A DNA stretch of 64,000 nt from IMG/VR virus record IMGVR_UViG_3300046787_000130, positions 97,238 to 161,237 of that record; one strand, 5' to 3'. Source of the stretch: a virus. The position numbers and the translations under genes were made by a program. Below the pieces are notes generated by a model. That model did not search any database, was not told the origin of the DNA, and saw only the letters and a program-made list of their open reading frames with translations. This document shows positions 47,942 to 55,640 of this stretch, in pieces. Within the stretch, counting starts at the first letter, position 1. Each line of letters starts with the position of its first letter.

Positions 47942-48294
47942 AGAATTGTGATGGCGCGTTTTGGTATCTCACTACTGAGACAACAGCCAATTCTGAAAAC
48001 ACTGTATTGAATACTGACTTTTACAAATTCAAAAATGCAACCAAAGCCGTAGAAACTGAAATCGGCTTTAAATACAACATTTTACTTTTCAAAGAAAACG
48101 AAGTAGAATATACGAAAGCCGTGCTTGGTGACCCGCACGGCTACATCTCCAGATTAGGCAAAATGGGATACAATGGTCTACTTGTCAAGGTAGACAGTAT
48201 TCCGAAGAAAACGCTTAAGCAGATGGTCCAAAAGGTAATGGGCGATTTCTCCATTCCCGATTCGCAAATTAAGAATGTACTGAAACAAGTGTGA
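47920..48294 (+). CDS. Hypothetical protein
   Basis: SD GAGGAG. Confidence 0.65.
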   Translation: MSEQDTVENCDGAFWYLTTETTANSENTVLNTDFYKFKNATKAVETEIGFKYNILLFKENEVEYTKAVLGDPHGYISRLGKMGYNGLLVKVDSIPKKTLKQMVQKVMGDFSIPDSQIKNVLKQV

Positions 48295-48301
48295 GGTTAT
48301 T

Positions 48302-48604
48302 ATGAATAATGATGTTGTGACTACTAATGATGGGTTCTTTGTTCGTGAACCCAAGGCTGATATGAATCAGGCTCAGTTGTCTGAATTGCTCAAGAACAAC
48401 GTGATGACTGTCACCTTCACTAAGGTTGACGGTACTGAGCGCACCATGCGTTGTACTCTCCTTCCTGAATATCTCCCACCTGAAACCGGCAGCAAGCAGA
48501 TGCTTACTGAAGGCGTGCGCAACAATCTCTCTGTATGGGATGTTGAAGCAGGTGGCTGGCGTTCCTTCCGTGTTGATTCCGTCAAGAACATTCGCGTAGG
48601 TTAA
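48302..48604 (+). CDS. SH3/WYL-like beta-barrel protein
   Basis: VTFTKVDGTERTMRCTL...VWDVEAGGWRSF. Confidence 0.75.
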   Translation: MNNDVVTTNDGFFVREPKADMNQAQLSELLKNNVMTVTFTKVDGTERTMRCTLLPEYLPPETGSKQMLTEGVRNNLSVWDVEAGGWRSFRVDSVKNIRVG

Positions 48605-48609
48605 AAATA

Positions 48610-49647
48610 ATGGCAAAGGTTCGTAAGCCTGTCTACAATCTGGAACCAGATTGGAAAGGTGAATTCACGCAGTCTGATATCATCAAAGCCTATACTTGGT
48701 ATGATGAGAACAAGAATGAGAAGGATGCTTCAGCCTATCTTAAGGTTGAACAGAACATTGCCCGTAACTTTCGTACACTAGCATGGTCTAAGCGCATGCT
48801 AGAGCGCGGCTGCGTGTTTACAGAAACCTCTCTTGCTACCATTGAACAGATGGAGCAAGAGATGAAGGATGAGATTGTTAGAGTTAAGACTGCGCGTCAA
48901 GCCATTCAAGCCGCAAAGGTGAATGCGCCTAGTATTCAGGAACTAACTGAACAGAAGGCTAAGAGATTCATCTCTGAACTTGAAGGTGCAGTTGATGATT
49001 ATGAAGGCAAGTATAGCGAGTTCAATGCCTATGAATGGATGACAGAAAATGGCGTAAAGGCTGCTCATGCCAGTCATATCGCAGACTACTTCCGTGAACG
49101 TTCTAAAGAACTTGTATTGGCTTTGTCCGGTAAGGACAAGGAGTTAGCTGAAGGGTATGCTGCGCTTGGAAAGACCAAGTTGATGAACCTAACCAAGATG
49201 ATTGCTGGTATTGTACAAGATGCCGGTAAGATTGGCGTCAATCAGAAGGTTGTCCGCAAGCCTCGCAAGAAGAAGTCTATTTCTGTAGAAAAGATTCTCA
49301 GTAAGTTGACCTTCAAGCAGGAAGACACTGAATTTAAGTTGACATCACTAAATCCAGTAAAAATTCTTGAAGCCCAGCAACTTTGGGTATTTAACGTGAA
49401 AACTCGCAAACTGGGCTTGTATGTCGCAGAAAACAGTGCCGGATTGGCTGTAAAGGGCGCTACGATTGTTAATTACAATCCATCTAATTCTATCTCCAAG
49501 ACCCTAAGAAAGCCAAAGGACGTTCTAAATACTGTTGTGACTGGTGGTAAGATTGCCCTCCGTAAGGTTATGGATGGCGTCAATGCCAAGCCTCAGAAAC
49601 TCAATGGGCGTATCAACAAAGATACGATTCTGCTAAGGGTAGAATAG
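48610..49647 (+). CDS. Conserved T4-like protein (NrdC.11-like)
   Basis: LWVFNVKTRKL, VKGATI, KTLRKP, NGRIN...ILL; recalled similarity. Confidence 0.6.
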   Translation: MAKVRKPVYNLEPDWKGEFTQSDIIKAYTWYDENKNEKDASAYLKVEQNIARNFRTLAWSKRMLERGCVFTETSLATIEQMEQEMKDEIVRVKTARQAIQAAKVNAPSIQELTEQKAKRFISELEGAVDDYEGKYSEFNAYEWMTENGVKAAHASHIADYFRERSKELVLALSGKDKELAEGYAALGKTKLMNLTKMIAGIVQDAGKIGVNQKVVRKPRKKKSISVEKILSKLTFKQEDTEFKLTSLNPVKILEAQQLWVFNVKTRKLGLYVAENSAGLAVKGATIVNYNPSNSISKTLRKPKDVLNTVVTGGKIALRKVMDGVNAKPQKLNGRINKDTILLRVE

Positions 49648-49657
49648 GGGAGCAAAC

Positions 49658-50179
49658 ATGGTTCGAATTCAAAACACACTTTTGGATAAGAGCGATGTGA
49701 ATTATATTAGAGAGTACGCGAATTTTGTATTGAATCGCTTTGTGCCGAAGTCAGTTCAAAAGACTGCACTAATCAAGATTAAAATCATACACCCTGATGA
49801 CTTGGATGATGAAGAGTATGAAGAGGCACGTTCAATCCGTGCTTGGTGTATGTATGAAGGCGTCATCAAAGACAAGCGCCAGTTTAGTGTAGTCCTGACG
49901 TACCCTAGATATAATGCGGCTGCTAAAAAACCGCTGACACGTTTAAAGAAAATACTTATTGACCTTGGTCATGAACTAATTCACGTTAAGCAATACCTCA
50001 ACAATGAGATATTTGATTATAAGAATGGATTTGTTCGATACAAGGGCGAAGAGTTTGATGATTCCTACAAGACTCGCTTGGAAAACTATTTTGAGTCTCC
50101 GTGGGAAGTGGAGGCATACGGCAGAGAATATGGTCTGTTCCGTATATACGAGCAAATGAAGAAGAAGGGAGAGTTGTAA
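49658..50179 (+). CDS. HExxH metallopeptidase-like protein
   Basis: LGHELIHVKQY...PWEVEAY. Confidence 0.75.
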   Translation: MVRIQNTLLDKSDVNYIREYANFVLNRFVPKSVQKTALIKIKIIHPDDLDDEEYEEARSIRAWCMYEGVIKDKRQFSVVLTYPRYNAAAKKPLTRLKKILIDLGHELIHVKQYLNNEIFDYKNGFVRYKGEEFDDSYKTRLENYFESPWEVEAYGREYGLFRIYEQMKKKGEL

Positions 50180-50184
50180 TTTCT

Positions 50185-50364
50185 ATGTCTAAGAAGAAGC
50201 GTTATGAGTACCAAGAGTTGGGTGAATCCGACCGTGAGTACAGAGAGAAGCGTAAATCCCATCGACTACAGCCTAGTGATAGGCTACGACGGGCTGACTT
50301 TAATACACGAAATTACATCCAAGGTGAAGAATATGAAGAAGCAGAATGGGACACAGAAAACTGA
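50185..50364 (+). CDS. Small charged hypothetical protein
   Basis: MSKKKRYEY... operonic. Confidence 0.5.
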   Translation: MSKKKRYEYQELGESDREYREKRKSHRLQPSDRLRRADFNTRNYIQGEEYEEAEWDTEN

Positions 50365-50542
50365 AAAGATTGTAGCCTATCGCAATCGCATCAACAGCGA
50401 CATTTTATACACAAGTAATATGTATGAAAGTCGCTTTGTTGATGGTGCTGAATTTATCCAAGTATTTCAGCCCAACACACCATTCAACATTCGGCGCACA
50501 AATTGGATGCGCAAAGACAGTTTGGAACTGGTAAAAACGTAA
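50333..50542 (+). CDS. Hypothetical protein
   Basis: SD AAGGTG; stop lies in promoter repeat. Confidence 0.55.
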   Translation: MKKQNGTQKTEKIVAYRNRINSDILYTSNMYESRFVDGAEFIQVFQPNTPFNIRRTNWMRKDSLELVKT

Positions 50543-50610
50543 CCTATTGATTCTACAGGATTTTTTCCTATCGACTTTTCCCTTAATTTCAGTACAATAA
50601 AGGTATAGTG
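50540..50610 (+). promoter_or_regulatory. Repeated early promoter copy 3
   Basis: TAACCTATTGATT, TCGACT 50571, 16 bp, TACAAT 50593. Confidence 0.8.
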
Positions 50611-50628
50611 AAATTTGAGGAAAAAAAG

Positions 50629-50991
50629 ATGATTCGTGTTTACCACCGCACCTGGACTGCTGAAGATGAGTTTACCGTGCTGGTTCACGGCGCTGCCGTT
50701 CTGAACAATCCGCAGGAGTTGGTCGCTGAAGTGCTGACCGATGACCTTGAGGAAGCGTACCGCATGACCCAGAACATCAATGGTTCTTGGTCCAAGACGC
50801 GCCTCATCTTTGATGAGTGCGACCGTCTGGTGGAAAACGCTGACTTCCATCCTGAAGTGTGGGTCAAGGCTCCGCTGCACGTGGTTGATGGTCGTGAGTA
50901 TGGCTTGCGCTCCACCATGATGGGCGACATCATGGAAAAGGATGGCGTCAAGTATCAGGTTGATTTCTTTGGCTTCAAGCAGGTTGCCTAA
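50629..50991 (+). CDS. Hypothetical early protein
   Basis: LEEAY..TQNI.GSW...RSTMMGD; GC-richer. Confidence 0.7.
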   Translation: MIRVYHRTWTAEDEFTVLVHGAAVLNNPQELVAEVLTDDLEEAYRMTQNINGSWSKTRLIFDECDRLVENADFHPEVWVKAPLHVVDGREYGLRSTMMGDIMEKDGVKYQVDFFGFKQVA

Positions 50992-50992
50992 C

Positions 50993-51178
50993 ATGAAGAT
51001 GTGTGAATTCATCAAGAGCATGACCAATGAGCAGGGCATCACTTACTGCCTGTTTCAGGTAGGCAACTACCAGTACGAAATTGACACTCGCACTGGTGAC
51101 TCTTTCAGGGCTGTTGCGACCGTTGATGGTTCCTGTGAAGATGCCATCAACGTCATGGAATCTCTGGCTGTTCTCTAA
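50993..51178 (+). CDS. Hypothetical protein
   Basis: Coupled ORF; stop lies in promoter repeat. Confidence 0.55.
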   Translation: MKMCEFIKSMTNEQGITYCLFQVGNYQYEIDTRTGDSFRAVATVDGSCEDAINVMESLAVL

Positions 51179-51240
51179 GTTATTGATTCCGCAAGAGTTT
51201 TTGACATCGACTTTTTCTCAGAATCCAGTATTATATACCT
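51176..51240 (+). promoter_or_regulatory. Repeated early promoter copy 4
   Basis: TAAGTTATTGATT, TCGACT 51207, 16 bp, TATTAT 51229, ATG 6 nt later. Confidence 0.8.
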
Positions 51241-51462
51241 ATGAACAACGAAACAGGAACGAAAGTGAACGACAATATCAAAGAATTGATTGCGCTTATT
51301 GAAGAGCAATCTAAGTCCAACAAGGGTGAAGTGCAGTATGCATATGTCGCCGGTTATTACGAATCCATGTTGAGCCGTCTTGCGATGGACATTCCTGAAG
51401 TTGCAGAATTTCTGCAACGTCGCATCAACTTTCTCAACAACCAGAACAAAAAGGCTGCTTAA
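51241..51462 (+). CDS. Hypothetical early protein (probably leaderless)
   Basis: YAYVAGYYESML motif; starts at predicted +1. Confidence 0.7.
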   Translation: MNNETGTKVNDNIKELIALIEEQSKSNKGEVQYAYVAGYYESMLSRLAMDIPEVAEFLQRRINFLNNQNKKAA

Positions 51463-51463
51463 C

Positions 51464-51637
51464 ATGACCAAGACTGAGCGTGAGTTGGATGACCTGTTTA
51501 TGAGCATCTCTGTTTCTGAGATGATTCTACGGTCAGACCGCACGCCTGCCGATTTGGAGCGGTTTGCGACCAAGTTGCGCATGCTGTCTTTTGAGGTGGA
51601 GCGCATCGCACGGCATGTCAAGGATGATGCTGCGTGA
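51464..51637 (+). CDS. Hypothetical protein
   Basis: Coupled ORF. Confidence 0.55.
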   Translation: MTKTERELDDLFMSISVSEMILRSDRTPADLERFATKLRMLSFEVERIARHVKDDAA

Positions 51638-51870
51638 TTATATTCATTGTATTTGCGTTGCTGTTCTTTGCGTTTGGTTGGTATACAACTGCTGCTATCG
51701 CATTTACTCTTGGCGCACTGCTAGAGTATTTTGCGAGCAAGCACCCACCGGGAGATGATGATGGAGACATTTAATGTCATGTTTGGAATGTCACTTGGTG
51801 CGCTATCTGTAGCAATCATCGTGTACATTGTGTACAAGTTCATTCGTCACATTTTCTTTTTCAATCCGCT

Positions 51871-52233
51871 ATGAATATTGCTCCAAGCATTGGTTCACGG
51901 GTTCGCATCCAGACTGTAAGGTTTGGCAATAAGAATCTGTATGAAGGTATTGTTGTGCCTTCAAGCCGAACATTTACGTTTGCTGTACGCACTGGAAATG
52001 AACGGTTTCCTGTGTCTGAGTTTGAGGCTAGTGACCCTGCTGTCATTAGCATCGAAGTGCTGAAGGGAGGTGTTGCGGATAAAACCAATGCGCGTGTCTT
52101 CAAGGTCAGGGTCAGAAGCACTGGCAAGACATATTATGTCTCTAGTGTTAACGGCAAGTTGCAATGTAATTGTACTGGTTTTTCTTATAGGAAAACCTGT
52201 AGTCATGTAGTGAATGTGAGGAAGTTATCATGA
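51871..52233 (+). CDS. SWIM zinc-finger protein
   Basis: CNCTGFSYRKTCSH. Confidence 0.8.
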   Translation: MNIAPSIGSRVRIQTVRFGNKNLYEGIVVPSSRTFTFAVRTGNERFPVSEFEASDPAVISIEVLKGGVADKTNARVFKVRVRSTGKTYYVSSVNGKLQCNCTGFSYRKTCSHVVNVRKLS

Positions 52234-52427
52234 GTCTAGTTAAGTTGGATTGTTTTACTGATAGTGAATGGACTGAATATGTAAAGGAAGTTGTAGTTGT
52301 TAAGGCTGGCAAGACCTTTGATGTTTGTTCAGATTGTACGATTTGCTTTCAGCGAAAAATGCGAGAACAAGGACGATGTAACTTTCCCATGAAAAACCTG
52401 AAGAAAGTTGTTGAGTATCGTAACTAA
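52230..52427 (+). CDS. Small Cys-containing hypothetical protein
   Basis: CSDC..FQ..M...GRC. Confidence 0.6.
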   Translation: MSLVKLDCFTDSEWTEYVKEVVVVKAGKTFDVCSDCTICFQRKMREQGRCNFPMKNLKKVVEYRN

Positions 52428-52480
52428 TTGATTTGATGACGAAAAAAAAGTTTTACTTTTCACGCGAACTAGGGTATCAT
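52421..52480 (+). promoter_or_regulatory. Promoter of ncRNA/tRNA cluster with upstream IHF-consensus site
   Basis: TAACTAATTGATT; TTTACT-17bp-TATCAT. Confidence 0.55.
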
Positions 52481-52660
52481 TCTTATCTAACGTGAAAAAA
52501 GGGATATATATAGATATCCCACCACGAGTCCAAGTTGGCTTGTGTATGCTCTTTACAAAACAGATTCTCAAAGGGTGTCCCACTACCCGCCCCACCTACT
52601 AAAAACACTTGGGGCTGGATTGCGCATGCGGTCGGCTGAACATTCGTTTGGCTTAAATGT

Positions 52661-52719
52661 GGATATATCTCTGATGAGCCAGTGAGACTCTGGCGAAACA
52701 TATGGCTGTTGATGTATTT
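52661..52719 (+). ncRNA. Type I hammerhead ribozyme candidate
   Basis: CTGATGA-stem II GCCAG/CTGGC-GAAA, stem III ACA/TGT, GUU site, stem I GGATATATC/GATGTATTT. Confidence 0.6.
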
Positions 52720-52930
52720 TTGTTATGCTCCAGCCAGTGTAAGATAACAGCAAACATGACCTTGCGGTGTAATTTTGCTGATGCCTATAGGCAAGAGGAT
52801 GAATGATACATTGCTGATTGCCCAGTGCACTGCGCTTTCAGGTATCAAACGTAAACCGCATTGCGCGAGGACAGGCGCACTATAAATGTAGACCGCAGTT
52901 CTGATACTACAGAAAAAATCGGCATGATTT

Positions 52931-53005
52931 TGGCGCGTAGCACAATGGCAGTGCAAATGACTGTTAATCATTAGGTTGCTGGTTCGAATCCAGCCGTGCC
53001 AGCCA
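52931..53005 (+). tRNA. tRNA-Asn(GTT)
   Basis: Cloverleaf, CCA end. Confidence 0.93.
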
Positions 53006-53149
53006 GTTGATGATTAGACATAGACTGAGTGCGCTAGCAATGTCCAATTTGGGTGCGAAGCCCAATACTTTTTTCGCAACAGCAAGACAGGGGTCGCGCC
53101 CAGTGCCTAGTGTCAAGTGCTTGTCGGTTGACATGTTGCGTTTTTATTT

Positions 53150-53233
53150 GCGCGAGTGGTGTAATGGCAGCCACGACGGTCTTAGAAGCCGTTGCCGAAA
53201 GGCGTGAGAGTTCGAGTCTCTCCTTGCGCACCA
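53150..53233 (+). tRNA. tRNA-Leu(TAG)
   Basis: Cloverleaf, long V-arm, CCA. Confidence 0.93.
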
Positions 53234-53255
53234 ATTTTGTTTCTCTAGTTTAGAG

Positions 53256-53579
53256 GTGTTTGTTATGGGCTGCAACCCGTTTCTCAGAGGGTCAGATTTT
53301 ATTCCGCCATCGATATTGATGCGAAATTCCGTTAACCCAGACCCTTCTTCTTTTAAAGTAAAAAAGGTTTACACAGCCAATGAACTATTTGTCTCATTGG
53401 TAAATTACCCCAACTGTACAACATTTGAGGGCAATAAGATATTAGTTACGAATTACGATGTTAGAGAAAAAATCAAACTTGACCCACATTTTCATAATGG
53501 CAGTGGTCTAATAGCAAGATTTGAACCTACAGATACAGGCTGGGAAGCCGCTGTATGGTTCGTCACTAATGCCACATAA
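53256..53579 (+). CDS. Hypothetical protein within tRNA cluster
   Basis: NPDP..F...YPNCTTFEGNKIL...LDPHF...ARF.P...GW. Confidence 0.65.
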   Translation: MFVMGCNPFLRGSDFIPPSILMRNSVNPDPSSFKVKKVYTANELFVSLVNYPNCTTFEGNKILVTNYDVREKIKLDPHFHNGSGLIARFEPTDTGWEAAVWFVTNAT

Positions 53580-53586
53580 GTTTAAT

Positions 53587-53661
53587 GGTCCCATCGTCTA
53601 GCGGTCAGGACATCACCCTTTCACGGTGATGACACGGGTTCGATTCCCGTTGGGACTACCA
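53587..53661 (+). tRNA. tRNA-Glu(TTC)
   Basis: Cloverleaf, CCA. Confidence 0.93.
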
Positions 53662-53668
53662 ATTTTAT

Positions 53669-53756
53669 GGAGAGTTGCCAGAGAGGCTAATTGGCGCTGT
53701 TTGCTAAACAGATGGACGTAATCGTCACACAGGTTCAAATCCTGTACTCTCCGCCA
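53669..53756 (+). tRNA. tRNA-Ser(GCT)
   Basis: Long V-arm, G73, CCA. Confidence 0.92.
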
Positions 53757-53763
53757 AGTTTAC

Positions 53764-53840
53764 GGGATAGTGGCACAGTTGGTTAGCGCAGACGCTTGAT
53801 AAGCGTCAGGTCGAAGGTTCAAGTCCTTCCTATCCCACCA
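53764..53840 (+). tRNA. tRNA-Ile(GAT)
   Basis: Cloverleaf, CCA. Confidence 0.93.
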
Positions 53841-53855
53841 ACTATATAAAGTATT

Positions 53856-53930
53856 GGGCTGTTAGTGATAATGGGAGCACGTCGCGTTTGCATCGCGAAG
53901 GTGAGAGTTCGATTCTCTCACGGTCCACCA
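53856..53930 (+). tRNA. tRNA-Ala(TGC)
   Basis: G3:U70 pair, CCA. Confidence 0.92.
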
Positions 53931-53933
53931 AAT

Positions 53934-54042
53934 TTGATTGTTTGTAAGCCACAGGCACGCAACGCCTGAGTAACTGCGCCAAAAGAAAACTTCAGTTCTA
54001 GACTCCTGAAGGTGAGACGCAGCAAATAGTGCAAACAATCAA
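53934..54042 (+). ncRNA. Structured RNA candidate
   Basis: 12-bp closing stem TTGATTGTTTGT/GCAAACAATCAA with internal stems. Confidence 0.5.
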
Positions 54043-54069
54043 CCTAACGTGCCATCTAGTCAATGGCTA

Positions 54070-54266
54070 GTCTACCCAGACGATGAGAAGCGGTGTGATA
54101 ACCGTAGGGTGGTTCCAGTCTAACCGAACTGGCGTTGGCAACACGACAGTCCTGTATGGGTCGAGGAGTGGATGGAAGGTAAGAGCGTGGTGTTAGTCGA
54201 GCGGGTGAAAACCAATGCATGGAATACACCTAGTGATACTATAGTTACCACCGCATACAGGAAGCA
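54070..54266 (+). ncRNA. Multi-stem structured RNA candidate
   Basis: TCCTGTATG/CATACAGGA long-range stem, several hairpins incl. GNRA loops; no ORF. Confidence 0.55.
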
Positions 54267-54270
54267 ATTT

Positions 54271-54355
54271 GGGTGAACGCCGAAGTTGGAGAGTCGGGGC
54301 AGACTGTAAATCTGTTGTTTAGGCTGAGTAGGTTCGAATCCTACTTCACCCACCA
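54271..54355 (+). tRNA. tRNA-Tyr(GTA)
   Basis: Long V-arm, CCA. Confidence 0.92.
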
Positions 54356-54361
54356 TATTAT

Positions 54362-54435
54362 GGGAGTGAAACATTAAAGTGATGTAACGGACTTTTAATC
54401 CGTAAAAGAGGGAGCATTACCCTCCACTCCTACCA
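54362..54435 (+). tRNA. tRNA-Lys(TTT), atypical T-loop
   Basis: ACGGA-CTTTTAA-TCCGT; T-loop AGCATTA; CCA. Confidence 0.85.
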
Positions 54436-54445
54436 CCTTAAAATA

Positions 54446-54534
54446 GGGACTAAAGCCGTATTGGTCGCAGGCAGCGAACTCATAATTCGTCCTCTTAAAG
54501 AGCATTCTCGGTTCGAACCCGAGTGGTCCCACCA
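54446..54534 (+). tRNA. tRNA with CAT anticodon and long variable arm (Ile2 or Met, identity uncertain)
   Basis: GCGAA-CTCATAA-TTCGT then CCTCTTAAAGAGCATT V-arm; CCA. Confidence 0.85.
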
Positions 54535-54549
54535 ACTATATAAAAGTAT

Positions 54550-54626
54550 CGGGCATTAGCACAGACTGGTAGTGCGTCTGCTTTGGGAGCAGAAGGTCAC
54601 AGGTTCAAATCCTGTATGCCCGACCA
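54550..54626 (+). tRNA. tRNA-Pro(TGG)
   Basis: Cloverleaf, CCA. Confidence 0.93.
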
Positions 54627-54635
54627 ATTTACAAT

Positions 54636-54719
54636 GCGAGTGTGATGGAATGGTATACATAGCAGACTTAAAATCTGCCGCTTTCGGGCTTGCGGGTTCG
54701 AATCCCGCCACTCGTACCA
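54636..54719 (+). tRNA. tRNA-Leu(TAA)
   Basis: Long V-arm, CCA. Confidence 0.93.
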
Positions 54720-54725
54720 TATTGA

Positions 54726-54799
54726 GCAGAGTTGGCATATTGGTTGTGTCCCAGTCTTCCAAACTGGCTAAACGGGTTCGATTCCCGTACTCTGCTCCA
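54726..54799 (+). tRNA. tRNA-Gly(TCC)
   Basis: U73, CCA. Confidence 0.92.
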
Positions 54800-54805
54800 A
54801 GTTTA

Positions 54806-54882
54806 GACTCCGTAGTTCAGTTGGATAGAACAACAACCTTCTAAGTTGTGGGTCACAGGTTCGAATCCTGTCGGGGTCGCCA
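54806..54882 (+). tRNA. tRNA-Arg(TCT)
   Basis: Cloverleaf, CCA. Confidence 0.93.
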
Positions 54883-54896
54883 ATACAGGAAATAGC

Positions 54897-55319
54897 ATGG
54901 ACATCACTAAAGAAGATATGATGAAGCGTCATGCTATTGCTTACCCTATGGAAGTAGGTGCGCCAAAGTTTGACCTAGTTCCTGTTGAGAAAGAAAAAGA
55001 CCAGATGATAAACATTGCTAGGCTAAGTGCTCAGCAAGAGTATGACAGGATTATGGAAGTTGTTGCTGTGTTGCAGAAGCAAGCAGATGGAATTAAAAGA
55101 CGCCTAGATATAACTGATATGGTCTACAACGCCAAGTATAATTTTAAGATTATTCCCGGCAAGACTTATTATTTGATTTTTCAAAAAAGAAAGAGTATAA
55201 TGATACTGTCTCCAATGGGACCAAATGATTGGTCTAGTGGACCACCAGTAGATTACGAATACAAAGCCAAGGTAGTTTGCTTAGGTGACTACTCTTGGAT
55301 GGAAGATACACGCTCTTGA
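54897..55319 (+). CDS. Hypothetical protein (DUF2452-like)
   Basis: YPMEVGAPKF...AKYNF....GKTYYL...LSPMGPNDW...D.SW; SD AGGA. Confidence 0.65.
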   Translation: MDITKEDMMKRHAIAYPMEVGAPKFDLVPVEKEKDQMINIARLSAQQEYDRIMEVVAVLQKQADGIKRRLDITDMVYNAKYNFKIIPGKTYYLIFQKRKSIMILSPMGPNDWSSGPPVDYEYKAKVVCLGDYSWMEDTRS

Positions 55320-55387
55320 AGCATTGCTGGCGATGCGCGGGATTTGTAACCCCGAGATAGACTGTTCGATTCAGTCCGAGAGCACCA
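55312..55387 (+). tRNA. tRNA-Thr(TGT)
   Basis: Cloverleaf, CCA; overlaps upstream stop codon. Confidence 0.88.
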
Positions 55388-55469
55388 ATCGCGACGGTTC
55401 TACCATCGTTAATCGGTAGCGCAGTCTTGGCTGCGAGAAAAGTCCCTTGACGACGACCAAGATTTATTT

Positions 55470-55544
55470 GTTGCTGTGGTTGAGTGGTTAGACAGCTGAC
55501 TGCAAATCAGTTTCACGCAGGTTCAAATCCTGTCAGCAACTCCA
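55470..55544 (+). tRNA. tRNA-Cys(GCA)
   Basis: U73, CCA. Confidence 0.9.
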
Positions 55545-55560
55545 CCTATATAGAATGTAT

Positions 55561-55634
55561 GCCTCGTTAGTTAAATGGTATAACTCCGCTTTTACACGGC
55601 GGTTTCGGCAGTTCGATTCTGTCACGAGGTACCA
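55561..55634 (+). tRNA. tRNA-Val(TAC)
   Basis: Cloverleaf, CCA. Confidence 0.92.
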
Positions 55635-55640
55635 AACAGT

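Noticed and set aside
52611-52740. GGGGCTGGAT as a tmRNA 5' end
   Set aside because: No matching T-arm/CCA 3' end or tag ORF found
53150-53233. TAG, TAA and TGA anticodon tRNAs as stop-codon suppressors
   Set aside because: These anticodons read CUA, UUA and UCA; genes end normally at all three stops, so no recoding
52483-54896. ORFs overlapping tRNAs and ncRNAs (53007, 53034, 53053, 54120, 54556, 54572, N-terminal extension from 54846)
   Set aside because: Translations of tRNA sequence or its complement
55388-55465. Theta/HDV-like ribozyme after tRNA-Thr
   Set aside because: Hairpins are present but I could not build the nested double pseudoknot
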